Position numbers and translations under genes: made by a program. 55,621 nt of DNA from Candidatus Eiseniibacteriota bacterium (lineage in GTDB: Bacteria; Orphanbacterota; Orphanbacteria; Orphanbacterales; Orphanbacteraceae): NCBI GenBank assembly GCA_043809585.1, contig JBDROZ010000115.1, forward strand, positions 1 to 55,621, given 5' to 3'. Position 1 is the first letter of the stretch, and every line of letters starts with the position of its first letter. Below the pieces are notes generated by a model. It did no database searches, was not told where the DNA came from, and saw only the letters and a list, made by a program, of their open reading frames with translations. Shown one piece after another: positions 28,032 through 36,441 of the stretch.

Positions 28032-28412
28032 TCAGGCCGATTCCTCCTCCGGCGCGATCCGGACGATCGTCGCGCCCCATCCGCCCCGGCCGGGGGGCGC
28101 TTCCCGGTACGCGGCCACGAGAGGGTGCCCCTCGAGGAACTCCCAAACCACGCGGCGCATGACGCTCTTCCCCTTCCCGTGGGCGATCCGGACCTCCCCG
28201 ATCCCGAGTCGGCGGGCGTTCTCGAGGAACTCATCGAGCATCTCCGGAACCTGCTCGGGGAAGAAGCCGTGCAGGTCGAGTTCGTCGGTGACCACGTAGG
28301 CTTCCGGGAGGGAGTCCTCGTCATCGGATTCGGCGGGCGGCTCTCCGGGCCTCTTCTCCGGGCGAAGATCCCCGCCGCCGAAGGCCCGGCGGACCCAGTC
28401 GAAGAATCCCAT
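28032..28412 (-). CDS. Stand-alone Smr domain protein
   Basis: ELDLHG, RIAHGKG, GGWGAT; GAGGAG SD. Confidence 0.9.
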   Translation of the reverse strand: MGFFDWVRRAFGGGDLRPEKRPGEPPAESDDEDSLPEAYVVTDELDLHGFFPEQVPEMLDEFLENARRLGIGEVRIAHGKGKSVMRRVVWEFLEGHPLVAAYREAPPGRGGWGATIVRIAPEEESA

Positions 28413-28609
28413 ACGCTCCTCCCCCCTCCGCGGGGCGCCCCGGCGGGGAGACCCTCCCGGTCGCGCGCCCGATCTTTCCCTGGAACCGGAAGCGAAGATC
28501 GAGTATAATAGCTTATGTTCTATCGGGTTCCCGCTCTCCCCGGGCATCCGTACCCCGCTCTCCCGGCAAACCGTGTTCGTCCCGAACGAATTCCGAAAGG
28601 AGCGTCTTC

Positions 28610-30886
28610 ATGTTCCGTTCCGGTCGCCATCTCTTTCTTACGACATTGACCTCCCTCGTCGCCACCTTCTTCCTGGCCCTGCCCGGCGCCTCCGCGGAGG
28701 AGATCTACGGCGTCCTCCGGGTGCACGAGGACGGGAGCGGCATCGTCCGCCAGATCGTGCGCGAGCCGTGGGATATCGCCTCGTACCGGGCGGGAGAGTG
28801 GGTCGATCTCGTCGTCGACCGGGCGGAGCGGGCCGAGATCGAGGCCCGGGCGACCTCGGTGGAGGTCCTCCGGGAGGACCTGAACGCCTCCTTCGAAGAG
28901 CTCCGGGGGACCGCCGAATTCGGCCAGTACCACACGTACGCCGAGATCGACGCCGCCTTCGACAGCCTCGCGGCCCTCTATCCGACGCTCGTCCAGAAGA
29001 TCGACTTCGGCGATTCCCACGAGGGACGGAATTTGCTCGCCCTCAAGATCAGCGACAACGTCGGGGTGAGCGAAGGAGAACCGCAGGTGCTCTTCATGGG
29101 ATGCCACCACGCCCGGGAGGTGATCAGCGTCGAGATGCCTTTCCTCTTCGCGGAGTACCTCCTCGACAACTACGGCGTCGATCCGGACGTGACCGCCCTC
29201 GTCGACGACCGGGAGATCTGGATCGCGCCCCTGATCAACCCGGACGGCCACCAGCGGGTGGTGAACGGCGACACCTTCTGGCGGAAGAACCGGCGGAACA
29301 ACGGCGACGGCACCTACGGGGTCGACCTGAACCGGAACTACCCCTTCGCGTGGGGCTACGACGACATCGGCTCGAGCCCCTATACGAGCAGCGAGACCTA
29401 CCGCGGACCTTCGGCCGGCTCGGAGCCGGAGCTCCAGGCGGTCATGGGCCTCTTCCAGGCGAACGCCTTCATCATGGCCCTCTCGTTCCACAGCTACGGC
29501 CGGGTGTATCTCTACCCGTGGGGCTACATCGCCCTCCCGACGGCGGACAACGAGATCTTCGCCGCCGCGGGGGACAGCATGGCCGCGGGGAACGGGTACG
29601 ATCACGGGAACTACTACTCGGGGACGATCTACTCGACCAACGGCAGTTCGGACGACTGGGCCTACGGCGACTCGACGAAGGCGAAGTGCTTCTCCTTCAC
29701 GCCCGAGATCGGGGACGAGTTCGACACGCCCGAATCGATGATCCCCGTCCATTTCGCCGACCAGCTCCCGGCGATGCTCTTCGTCGCCCGGGCCGCCGGC
29801 GACCCGTACGCCCTCGATCGGCCGGGCGCCCCCCTCCTCGCCGCGCTTCCGGATGACGACGACGGCAACTACCTGGTCGAATGGACCCGGGGGGACGGCG
29901 ACACGGCCATCGCCGCCTACGAGCTCCTGGAGATGACCGGCGAGGAGTTCGTCCTGGACAGCGCCGAGGCGGGCATCGGGAACTGGAACACCGACACGTG
30001 GACGTGGAACAACGAGAAGTTCCACTCCGGCCAGTGGGGCTTCTACTCCGGCACGGGGAACCAGTACACGGCGATTCTCGAATCGAAGTACCCCTTGGGA
30101 GCCCAGGCCGGCGATTCGCTCGTGTTCTGGGCGTGGTGGCGTCTCGAGGCGGACTGGGATTACTGGTACGTCGAGGCGAGCATGGACGGCGGGAAGTTCT
30201 GGAACACCCTGCCGGGGAGCTACACCACGAACTACAACCCGAACGGCAACAACATCGGGAACGGCATCACCGGGAGCTCGAGCGGGAACTTCTACCGGAT
30301 GGCCTTCGACCTCTCCCCCCTCGCCGGGGAGAGCGTGAAGGTCCGCTGGCGCTACTCGACGGACCAGCTGACTTATCTCCGGGGCGTCCAGATCGACGAC
30401 ATCGAGAACGTCCGGCTCTTCGCGAACGCCGACACCCTCTCGAGCGTCATCGCCGGCGAGTCGTACCCGGTCACGGGGCGGACGAACGGCGACTATTCTT
30501 ACCAGGTGCGCGGCCGGGACCAACAGGGGACCTTCGGGTACTGGAGCAACATCACGGGGCTCACCGTGAACGCCATCGACACGGACGTGGCGGCGGGGAC
30601 CACCTTCTTCCGGACCGCCCTCGCCGGAAACGCGCCGAATCCGTTCAACCCGGTGACGACGATCGCCTACACCCTCGCGAACGACGGGCCGGTGGAGATC
30701 GAGATCGTCGACGTCTCCGGCCGGACCGTTCGGTCGCTCGTCCGTGGCGTCCGGAGCGCGGGCGCCCACCGGGTGGTCTGGGACGGCGCGAACGACGCGG
30801 GGCGGGAGGTCGCCTCCGGGATCTATTTCACGCGGATGCGCGCCGGCGGCGCGGAAGAGACGAAGAAGCTGGTGCTGCTCCGGTAG
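28610..30886 (+). CDS. Secreted M14 zinc carboxypeptidase (carboxypeptidase T-like) with C-terminal FlgD-Ig/sorting domain
   Basis: HHARE, WRKNR, GVDLNRNY, FHSYG, PEIG; C-terminal NAPNPFNP..WDG....G..VASGIYF...KLVLLR. TATAAT at 28504-28509. Confidence 0.92.
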   Translation: MFRSGRHLFLTTLTSLVATFFLALPGASAEEIYGVLRVHEDGSGIVRQIVREPWDIASYRAGEWVDLVVDRAERAEIEARATSVEVLREDLNASFEELRGTAEFGQYHTYAEIDAAFDSLAALYPTLVQKIDFGDSHEGRNLLALKISDNVGVSEGEPQVLFMGCHHAREVISVEMPFLFAEYLLDNYGVDPDVTALVDDREIWIAPLINPDGHQRVVNGDTFWRKNRRNNGDGTYGVDLNRNYPFAWGYDDIGSSPYTSSETYRGPSAGSEPELQAVMGLFQANAFIMALSFHSYGRVYLYPWGYIALPTADNEIFAAAGDSMAAGNGYDHGNYYSGTIYSTNGSSDDWAYGDSTKAKCFSFTPEIGDEFDTPESMIPVHFADQLPAMLFVARAAGDPYALDRPGAPLLAALPDDDDGNYLVEWTRGDGDTAIAAYELLEMTGEEFVLDSAEAGIGNWNTDTWTWNNEKFHSGQWGFYSGTGNQYTAILESKYPLGAQAGDSLVFWAWWRLEADWDYWYVEASMDGGKFWNTLPGSYTTNYNPNGNNIGNGITGSSSGNFYRMAFDLSPLAGESVKVRWRYSTDQLTYLRGVQIDDIENVRLFANADTLSSVIAGESYPVTGRTNGDYSYQVRGRDQQGTFGYWSNITGLTVNAIDTDVAAGTTFFRTALAGNAPNPFNPVTTIAYTLANDGPVEIEIVDVSGRTVRSLVRGVRSAGAHRVVWDGANDAGREVASGIYFTRMRAGGAEETKKLVLLR

Positions 30887-30901
30887 GGGGAGGAGACACG
30901 A

Positions 30902-31084
30902 GCTCATTCCAAAGTGACAGGCTTCCCCGGACTCCTCCTCTGCACCCCGGAATGGTCGTGCTCGCGGGCGATACCCGTCCGGAGGGGGACAGGTACCGCT
31001 GAGGTCAGACTGGCGACTTCCGAGCCGGAGGTTCGGGCGGAACCAGTCCCCCGCTCGCTCCGAAGTTCTAAGCGCGGTAAGATT
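30902..31084 (+). repeat. Composite intergenic element, copy 4
   Basis: GCTCATTCCAAAGTGAC..GGACTCCTCCTCTGCACC..GGGGGACAGGTACCGC...GCGGAACCAGTCCCCC-GCTCGCTCCGAAG..CGGTAAGA. Confidence 0.85.
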
Positions 31085-31189
31085 GGTGAGGAACCCGTAG
31101 GACCCAAGTGGGCGGACGCTTCTTCTCCCTCTCACGGGTGGGCGGGCGTCATCCTTGCCCCTTTCGCAGGACGGAGGGTGCCTTCCGGC

Positions 31190-31389
31190 CGGCAGTCCTT
31201 GCTGATCACACATAACCACGGGCGGGTGGCCGCGACAGGAGTCCGCGAGACGCGCAGCCACCAAGCACCAGATCCCGGTTCCTTCTGCATCACCGAGTTC
31301 GAGACGCGCGGTTCACGTGGTACGGAACACGGATGACGGGCGTGCGACTGGCGAGCATCGCAGCGGACAGGAGCGGCCAGGCCCTGCCC
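31190..31389. repeat. About 200-bp dispersed repeat, copy 1 of 2
   Basis: Direct copy of 43714-43912, sharing blocks CGGCAGTCCTTGCTGATC, GGGCGGGTGGCCGCGACAGG, GCGCGGTTCACG, CGAGCATCGCA.CGGACAGGAGCGG. Confidence 0.85.
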
Positions 31390-31472
31390 GTACTCGCCGT
31401 GTCCTGCCGGAAAAGCCCCCGAGGGCCCGAACAGTCCGTGATTCCTCCCCCGCCCGCTCCGCTTCCTCTCCC

Positions 31473-31501
31473 TTGATTCCTTCCCCCCCGGCGACTACGA
31501 T
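31473..31501 (+). promoter_or_regulatory. Sigma70-like promoter TTGATT-N17-TACGAT for the hemerythrin unit
   Basis: 17-nt spacer, 60 nt upstream of the GGAGGT-preceded ATG. Confidence 0.55.
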
Positions 31502-31561
31502 GGGGATGGGTCCGCTGGCGGCCGTGCCGGACCCGAGCGGCACCGGATCGGGAGGTTTCGA

Positions 31562-31969
31562 ATGGCGTACATACAATGGGACAACTCCCTGAGCGTCGGC
31601 GTGAAGAGGATCGACGACCAGCACCGGAGGCTGATCGACATGATCAACGACCTCGACGCTTCGGTGAACCAGGTGTGGGAGGAGGAGGCGGTCAACGAAA
31701 CGCTGACGGGGCTCTTCGACTACGTGCAGGAGCACTTCCGGACCGAGGAAAACCTGTTCGACGAGCACGGCTACCCGGAGGGGGACGCCCACAAGAAGGA
31801 GCACAAGGCGTTCGTCGGCAGGCTCCTCGATTTTCACCGGCGCGTCGAGGACCACGGGAAGGAGATCGCCCCCGAGATGATCGCATTCCTCCAAGACTGG
31901 CTGCTGAATCACATCCGCAAGATCGACCAGAAATACGCCCCCTTCCTCGCCGGAAAGGGACTCTCGTAG
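31562..31969 (+). CDS. Bacteriohemerythrin
   Basis: All diiron ligands present: IDDQH, HFRTEE, HKKEH, HIRKID. Confidence 0.95.
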   Translation: MAYIQWDNSLSVGVKRIDDQHRRLIDMINDLDASVNQVWEEEAVNETLTGLFDYVQEHFRTEENLFDEHGYPEGDAHKKEHKAFVGRLLDFHRRVEDHGKEIAPEMIAFLQDWLLNHIRKIDQKYAPFLAGKGLS

Positions 31970-32007
31970 CCGGCGGGGGGGACCGGACCGGGCGCGAGGC
32001 CGCCCTC

Positions 32008-32793
32008 GTGACCGGCGCCTCCCGGGGCATCGGCAGGGAGATCGCCGGAATCCTGGCGGAGCGAGGGCACGAGGTGGTCCTCGCCGCCCGGGATGAAGGA
32101 GCGCTCACCGCGGAAGCCGCTTCCCTCGCGGAGCGGCACGGCGTCCCCGCCCACGCCGTCGCCGTCGATCTCACGGAGCGCGACGCCGCAGAGAGGCTCC
32201 GGCGCCGCGTCGCCGATCTCGGACTCTCGCCCGGCATCCTGGTCAACAACGCGGGCATCGCCTCGTGGGGACCCTTCGTCGAGACGCCGGCGGAGAAGGC
32301 CCTCGCCATGATCAGGCTGAACGTGGAAGCCCTCGCCCACCTGACCCGGCTCTTCCTTCCGGCCATGATCGAGCGGAAGCGGGGCCGGATCCTGAACCTC
32401 GGCTCCACGGCGGCGTTTCCGCCGGGTCCGCTTCTGGCGGTGTACTACGCGTCGAAGGCGTTCGTCGTCCACTTCTCCGAATCTCTGGACGAAGAGCTCC
32501 GGGGAACGGGGGTCACGGCGACCGCTTTCTGCCCCGGGCCGGTGCGCACCGGCTTCCAGGAGCGGGCGGGCATGGGCCGGGGGGGATGGATTCGCCTCGC
32601 CCGGCCGGCCGCACCGGAGGATGCGGCGCGGCGCGCCGTGGAGGCCATGGACCGGGGGAAACGTCTCGTGGTTTCGGGGGGAGTGAACCGCCTCTCCGTG
32701 ACGGCCACCCGATTCCTCCCCCGCCGGTGGACGGCGTGTCTCGTGCACCGGATCCAGAAATCCCGAAACGACGACGCCCCCCCCGGAGGATAG
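32008..32793 (+). CDS. Classical short-chain dehydrogenase (DltE-like), start uncertain
   Basis: TGASRGIG, LVNNAG, YYASK, CPGPV. Homology extends upstream of the first GTG. Confidence 0.85.
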   Translation: MTGASRGIGREIAGILAERGHEVVLAARDEGALTAEAASLAERHGVPAHAVAVDLTERDAAERLRRRVADLGLSPGILVNNAGIASWGPFVETPAEKALAMIRLNVEALAHLTRLFLPAMIERKRGRILNLGSTAAFPPGPLLAVYYASKAFVVHFSESLDEELRGTGVTATAFCPGPVRTGFQERAGMGRGGWIRLARPAAPEDAARRAVEAMDRGKRLVVSGGVNRLSVTATRFLPRRWTACLVHRIQKSRNDDAPPGG

Positions 32794-32798
32794 GAGAC

Positions 32799-33272
32799 AT
32801 GATTCGATCGATCGCCGCCGTCATCGCCGGATACTCCGTGATGGCCCTCTGGGTCATGCTCGCCCTCTCCCTCTCCTGGATGGCCCTCGGCCCGGGATTC
32901 GCGTTCCGGGGGGGGTCCGTCGACGTCTCCATCGGCTGGATGGCGGTCGCCCTCTTCACCGGATTCCTCGGCGCCCTGCTCGGCGGGTTCGTCTCCGCCC
33001 GGATCTCGAAGACCCCGTCGGGGGGGGCGGTGCGGGTCCTCGCCGGAATCGTCCTCGTCCTCGGCCTGATGTCGGCCTACTTCCAGGTCCCGCCCGAGGA
33101 GCGGCCGGGCTTCGAGGGGGATATCACTCAAATCGGACCGACCGAGGCCGCGGAGGTAGCCCGCCAACCCCGATGGTACCCGTACGCGATCTCCCTCGTC
33201 GGCTGCTTCGGCGTCCTCACGGGGGGGAGCGCGAGGATCCACGCGAGAAAGGACCGGTGGAGCGGTGAGTGA
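32799..33272 (+). CDS. Hypothetical membrane protein (about 4 TM)
   Basis: AGGAG SD, hydrophobic helices, QPRWY motif near the C-terminus. Confidence 0.75.
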   Translation: MIRSIAAVIAGYSVMALWVMLALSLSWMALGPGFAFRGGSVDVSIGWMAVALFTGFLGALLGGFVSARISKTPSGGAVRVLAGIVLVLGLMSAYFQVPPEERPGFEGDITQIGPTEAAEVARQPRWYPYAISLVGCFGVLTGGSARIHARKDRWSGE

Positions 33273-33984
33273 TCGGGTCCCGGACGACATCGCGGGGGAA
33301 CAGATCGACTACTACCGGGCCCGGGCGCCGGAGTACGACGACTGGTGGCTCCGCCGGGGACGGTACGACCGGGGCGAAGGGGCGAACCGGCGCTGGTTCG
33401 ACGAGATCGCGGCGGCCCGCCGGGCCCTCGAGTCGTTCGCTCCCTCCGGGCGGGTGCTGGAGCTCGCCTGCGGCACCGGCCTCTGGACGGAGGTCCTCCA
33501 CCTTTTCGCGGAGTCGATGACCGCCGTCGACGCGTCGCGGGAGATGATCGGCCTCTGCCGGGACCGGCTCGGCGGCGCGCGCGTCCGGTCCGTCCGTTTC
33601 GTCCGGGCCGACCTCTTCTCGTGGGAGCCGGACGAAGAGTTCGACTTCCTATTCCTCGGCTTCTGGCTCTCCCACGTTCCTGACGACCGGTTCGGCGCTT
33701 TCTGGCGGCGCCTCGCGGGGCGGGCGGCGCCGGGCGCCCGGGTCTTCTTCGTCGACTCCCTCCCGACGCCCCTCTCCACGGCGGTCGACCACGATCTCGG
33801 GGACCCGGAGAATCCGATCCGCGGGCGGCGCCTGGACGACGGCCGGGAATACCGGATAGTGAAGATCTTCCACGATCCGGCGACGCTCGAGGGGCGTCTC
33901 AGCGATCTCGGGTGGAACGTGAAGGTCCGGACGACGGGGGAGTTCTTCCTCTACGGCGCGGGGGAGTGGAGCGGGGCGGGATGA
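33265..33984 (+). CDS. Class I SAM-dependent methyltransferase
   Basis: QIDYYRARAPEYD, VLELACGTG, GFWLSHVP. Confidence 0.9.
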   Translation: MSDRVPDDIAGEQIDYYRARAPEYDDWWLRRGRYDRGEGANRRWFDEIAAARRALESFAPSGRVLELACGTGLWTEVLHLFAESMTAVDASREMIGLCRDRLGGARVRSVRFVRADLFSWEPDEEFDFLFLGFWLSHVPDDRFGAFWRRLAGRAAPGARVFFVDSLPTPLSTAVDHDLGDPENPIRGRRLDDGREYRIVKIFHDPATLEGRLSDLGWNVKVRTTGEFFLYGAGEWSGAG

Positions 33985-34748
33985 GCGAACCGATCACCCG
34001 CGCGATCGTGAGGCGCCCCCCCGAGTCCTTCGCGAAGGGGATCACCACCGCCGGACTCGGAATGCCGGACGCCGGGAGAGCCCGGGAGCAGCACGAGGCG
34101 TACGTCGAAGCCCTCCGATCGTGCGGGCTGGCCGTCGACGTGCTTCCTCCTCTCGAGGCGTATCCCGACTCGTGTTTCGTGGAGGACACGGCCGTCTTCC
34201 TGGACGCTTCCGTCGTTCTCGCCCGTCCGGGGGCCCCCTCCCGCCGCGGGGAAGAGAGGGCGACCCGGGAAACCCTCGCCCGTCACCGCCCGGTGGAGGC
34301 CATCGAAGCCCCCGGGACTCTCGACGGCGGCGACGTGCTTCGCGCGGGGGACCGCTGGTTCGTCGGGATCTCGACGCGCACGAACGAGGCGGGGGCCGCC
34401 GCGCTCGGCCGGGCGATCGAAAGGGAGGGAGGAATATGGAAGCCGGTCCCCCTCGCCGGCGGGCTTCATCTCAAGTCGGATGTGAACCGGATCGGCGGCG
34501 GGCGCCTTCTCGTTACCCCCTCCTTCGCCGGCCGGGAGGAGTTTCGGGGGGTTGAACGGATCACCGTGCCCGGCGACGAGAAGTACGCGGCCAACTCGCT
34601 CGAGGTGAACGGACGCCTTCTCGTGCCGGCCGGATTCCCCCGAACCCGGGCTCTCCTCGAAGGAACGGGCATGGACGTGATCGTCGTGGACGTGTCCGAG
34701 TTCCAGAAGATGGACGGGGGCCTCACCTGCCTCTCCCTCCGATTCTGA
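33981..34748 (+). CDS. Dimethylarginine dimethylaminohydrolase (amidinotransferase fold)
   Basis: PDSCFVED, LDGGDV, LHLKS and C-terminal DGGLTCLS (Cys-His catalytic pair). Confidence 0.92.
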   Translation: MSEPITRAIVRRPPESFAKGITTAGLGMPDAGRAREQHEAYVEALRSCGLAVDVLPPLEAYPDSCFVEDTAVFLDASVVLARPGAPSRRGEERATRETLARHRPVEAIEAPGTLDGGDVLRAGDRWFVGISTRTNEAGAAALGRAIEREGGIWKPVPLAGGLHLKSDVNRIGGGRLLVTPSFAGREEFRGVERITVPGDEKYAANSLEVNGRLLVPAGFPRTRALLEGTGMDVIVVDVSEFQKMDGGLTCLSLRF

Positions 34749-34821
34749 ATTCCCGTTCTCCTGGACAGGGGGCCGCGAAAAGGGTATCGAGAAGTCGAGG
34801 GGCGGCGCCCCGGAAAGGCGA

Positions 34822-35346
34822 ATGGGTGTGAAGATCGTCTCGATCTCGTTCGGCGTTTTTCTCCTGCTCTTCATCGCGGGAGTGATACAGATCGCCGCCT
34901 ACGGCCCCCTCCTCCCCGACCGGGTGGCGTCCCATTACGGTCCGGACGGGCGGCCGGACCGCTGGTCCCCCAAGGATGTCTTCATCGCGACCTACGTCGT
35001 CGTCCTCGTCCTGGCCTTTGCGTTTTTCGTCGGTCTCGGCTTCTTCGTGCAGCGGGTCCCCCCCTACTTCATCCACATCCCCCGGCGCGAGTACTGGATG
35101 ACCCGGGAGCGGCAACAGGCAACGCGAAACACCGTCATCCGCCATGTGTTCTGGTTCGCCTCGGCGACGATGGCGTTCTACCTCGTCACCATGAACCTCG
35201 CCATGCAGGTCAGCATGGGCCTCTCCGAGGGGATCCGTCTCTCCTTCACCTATGCGCTCGCGGGCTACGGCATCGCCACGATCCTCTGGGGAATCGGCTT
35301 CAACCGGCGCTTCCGCCTTCCGGAAGAGGAGGGCCGCGATTCTTGA
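34822..35346 (+). CDS. DUF1648-domain membrane protein
   Basis: LPDRVASHY..DG.PDRW..K, IP.REYW. Confidence 0.8.
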   Translation: MGVKIVSISFGVFLLLFIAGVIQIAAYGPLLPDRVASHYGPDGRPDRWSPKDVFIATYVVVLVLAFAFFVGLGFFVQRVPPYFIHIPRREYWMTRERQQATRNTVIRHVFWFASATMAFYLVTMNLAMQVSMGLSEGIRLSFTYALAGYGIATILWGIGFNRRFRLPEEEGRDS

Positions 35347-36020
35347 GCGGCTACTACGAAGAGAAACTCGCCGCCGAGAGGCTTGCGGCGTGCTACGACA
35401 TCGCCCCTCCGCGGACCCGAGACTATCTGGCGGCGGAAACGGCCCATGTGCGCGAGCGGGCGGCCGGGGCCGGGCCGGTGCTCGAACTCGGGTGCGGCTA
35501 CGGGCGGATGCTCCGGGATCTCCGCGCCCGGGGACGCAGGCTCCACGGGCTCGACACTTCGGCCACCAGCCTCGCCATGGCGAGATCGTACGTCGGCGAC
35601 TCCGGCCTCCGCCTCCTCCGGGCCGACGCCCGCCGCCCCGGATTCCGGGACGGCGTTTTCGATCTCACCTTCTGCGCCCAGAACGGGGTCTCTGCCTTCC
35701 GCGTCGACCGCCGGGAACTCGTCGCGGCGGCCGTGCGGGTCACGCGGCCCGGCGGCCGGGTCCTTTTCTCGAGCTACGCCGAAGCGTTCTGGGAGGATCG
35801 GCTCGAGTGGTTCCGGGCCCAGGCCGCGGCGGGCCTTCTCGGACCGATCGACGAAGAAGCGACGGGGGAGGGTGTCATCGTCTGCGAGGACGGTTTCCGG
35901 GCGGAAACGGTCGGGCCCGCCGAATTCCGCCGCCTCGCGGAAAGCCTCGGACTCGTTCCGGTGATCCGCGAAATCGACGGATCGAGCCTATTCTGCGAGA
36001 TCACGGTTCCCGCCCCTTGA
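35343..36020 (+). CDS. Class I SAM-dependent methyltransferase
   Basis: VLELGCGYG, GLD, RPGG; TTG start overlaps the previous stop. Confidence 0.88.
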   Translation: MSGYYEEKLAAERLAACYDIAPPRTRDYLAAETAHVRERAAGAGPVLELGCGYGRMLRDLRARGRRLHGLDTSATSLAMARSYVGDSGLRLLRADARRPGFRDGVFDLTFCAQNGVSAFRVDRRELVAAAVRVTRPGGRVLFSSYAEAFWEDRLEWFRAQAAAGLLGPIDEEATGEGVIVCEDGFRAETVGPAEFRRLAESLGLVPVIREIDGSSLFCEITVPAP

Positions 36021-36107
36021 GCGGCGCCCCCCTTCCGGGTACGATCCGACTCGGCCTCTGGACTCGGCCGCCCCACGGCGCGCCGAGAAGGAAAGGAGTT
36101 TCCACCC

Positions 36108-36422
36108 ATGAAGAGAATCGCACCGCAGATCGCCGGGGTCTTCCTCGCGATCATCCTCGCGGGATGCGCCACGGTGGGTCACAAGTTCCCCGCCGACCAG
36201 GTCCCCGGAATCGAGATCGGAAAGACGACGAGCGAGGAAGTCCGGGCCATGTTCGGGGATCCCTGGCGAACCGGAATCGAGGACGGCCTCCCCACCTGGA
36301 CCTACGGCAGGTACAAGTACCGTCTCATCGGCGACGATTCGACGACCGATCTGGTGGTCCGCTTCGACGCGAACAACGTGGTCAGGTCTTACACATTCAA
36401 CACGACGGAACAGGAGCCGTAG
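36108..36422 (+). CDS. SmpA/OmlA (BamE-like) lipoprotein
   Basis: Lipobox LAGC, IEIGKTT..EV...FGDP, WTY, LVVRFD; AAGGAG SD. Confidence 0.75.
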   Translation: MKRIAPQIAGVFLAIILAGCATVGHKFPADQVPGIEIGKTTSEEVRAMFGDPWRTGIEDGLPTWTYGRYKYRLIGDDSTTDLVVRFDANNVVRSYTFNTTEQEP

Positions 36423-36441
36423 GCGGCGGGCGAGATCCCGA

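Noticed and set aside
31562-36422. Run of short same-strand genes as an integron cassette array
   Set aside because: The genes overlap or abut, codon use matches the host, and no attC-like sites or integrase were seen.
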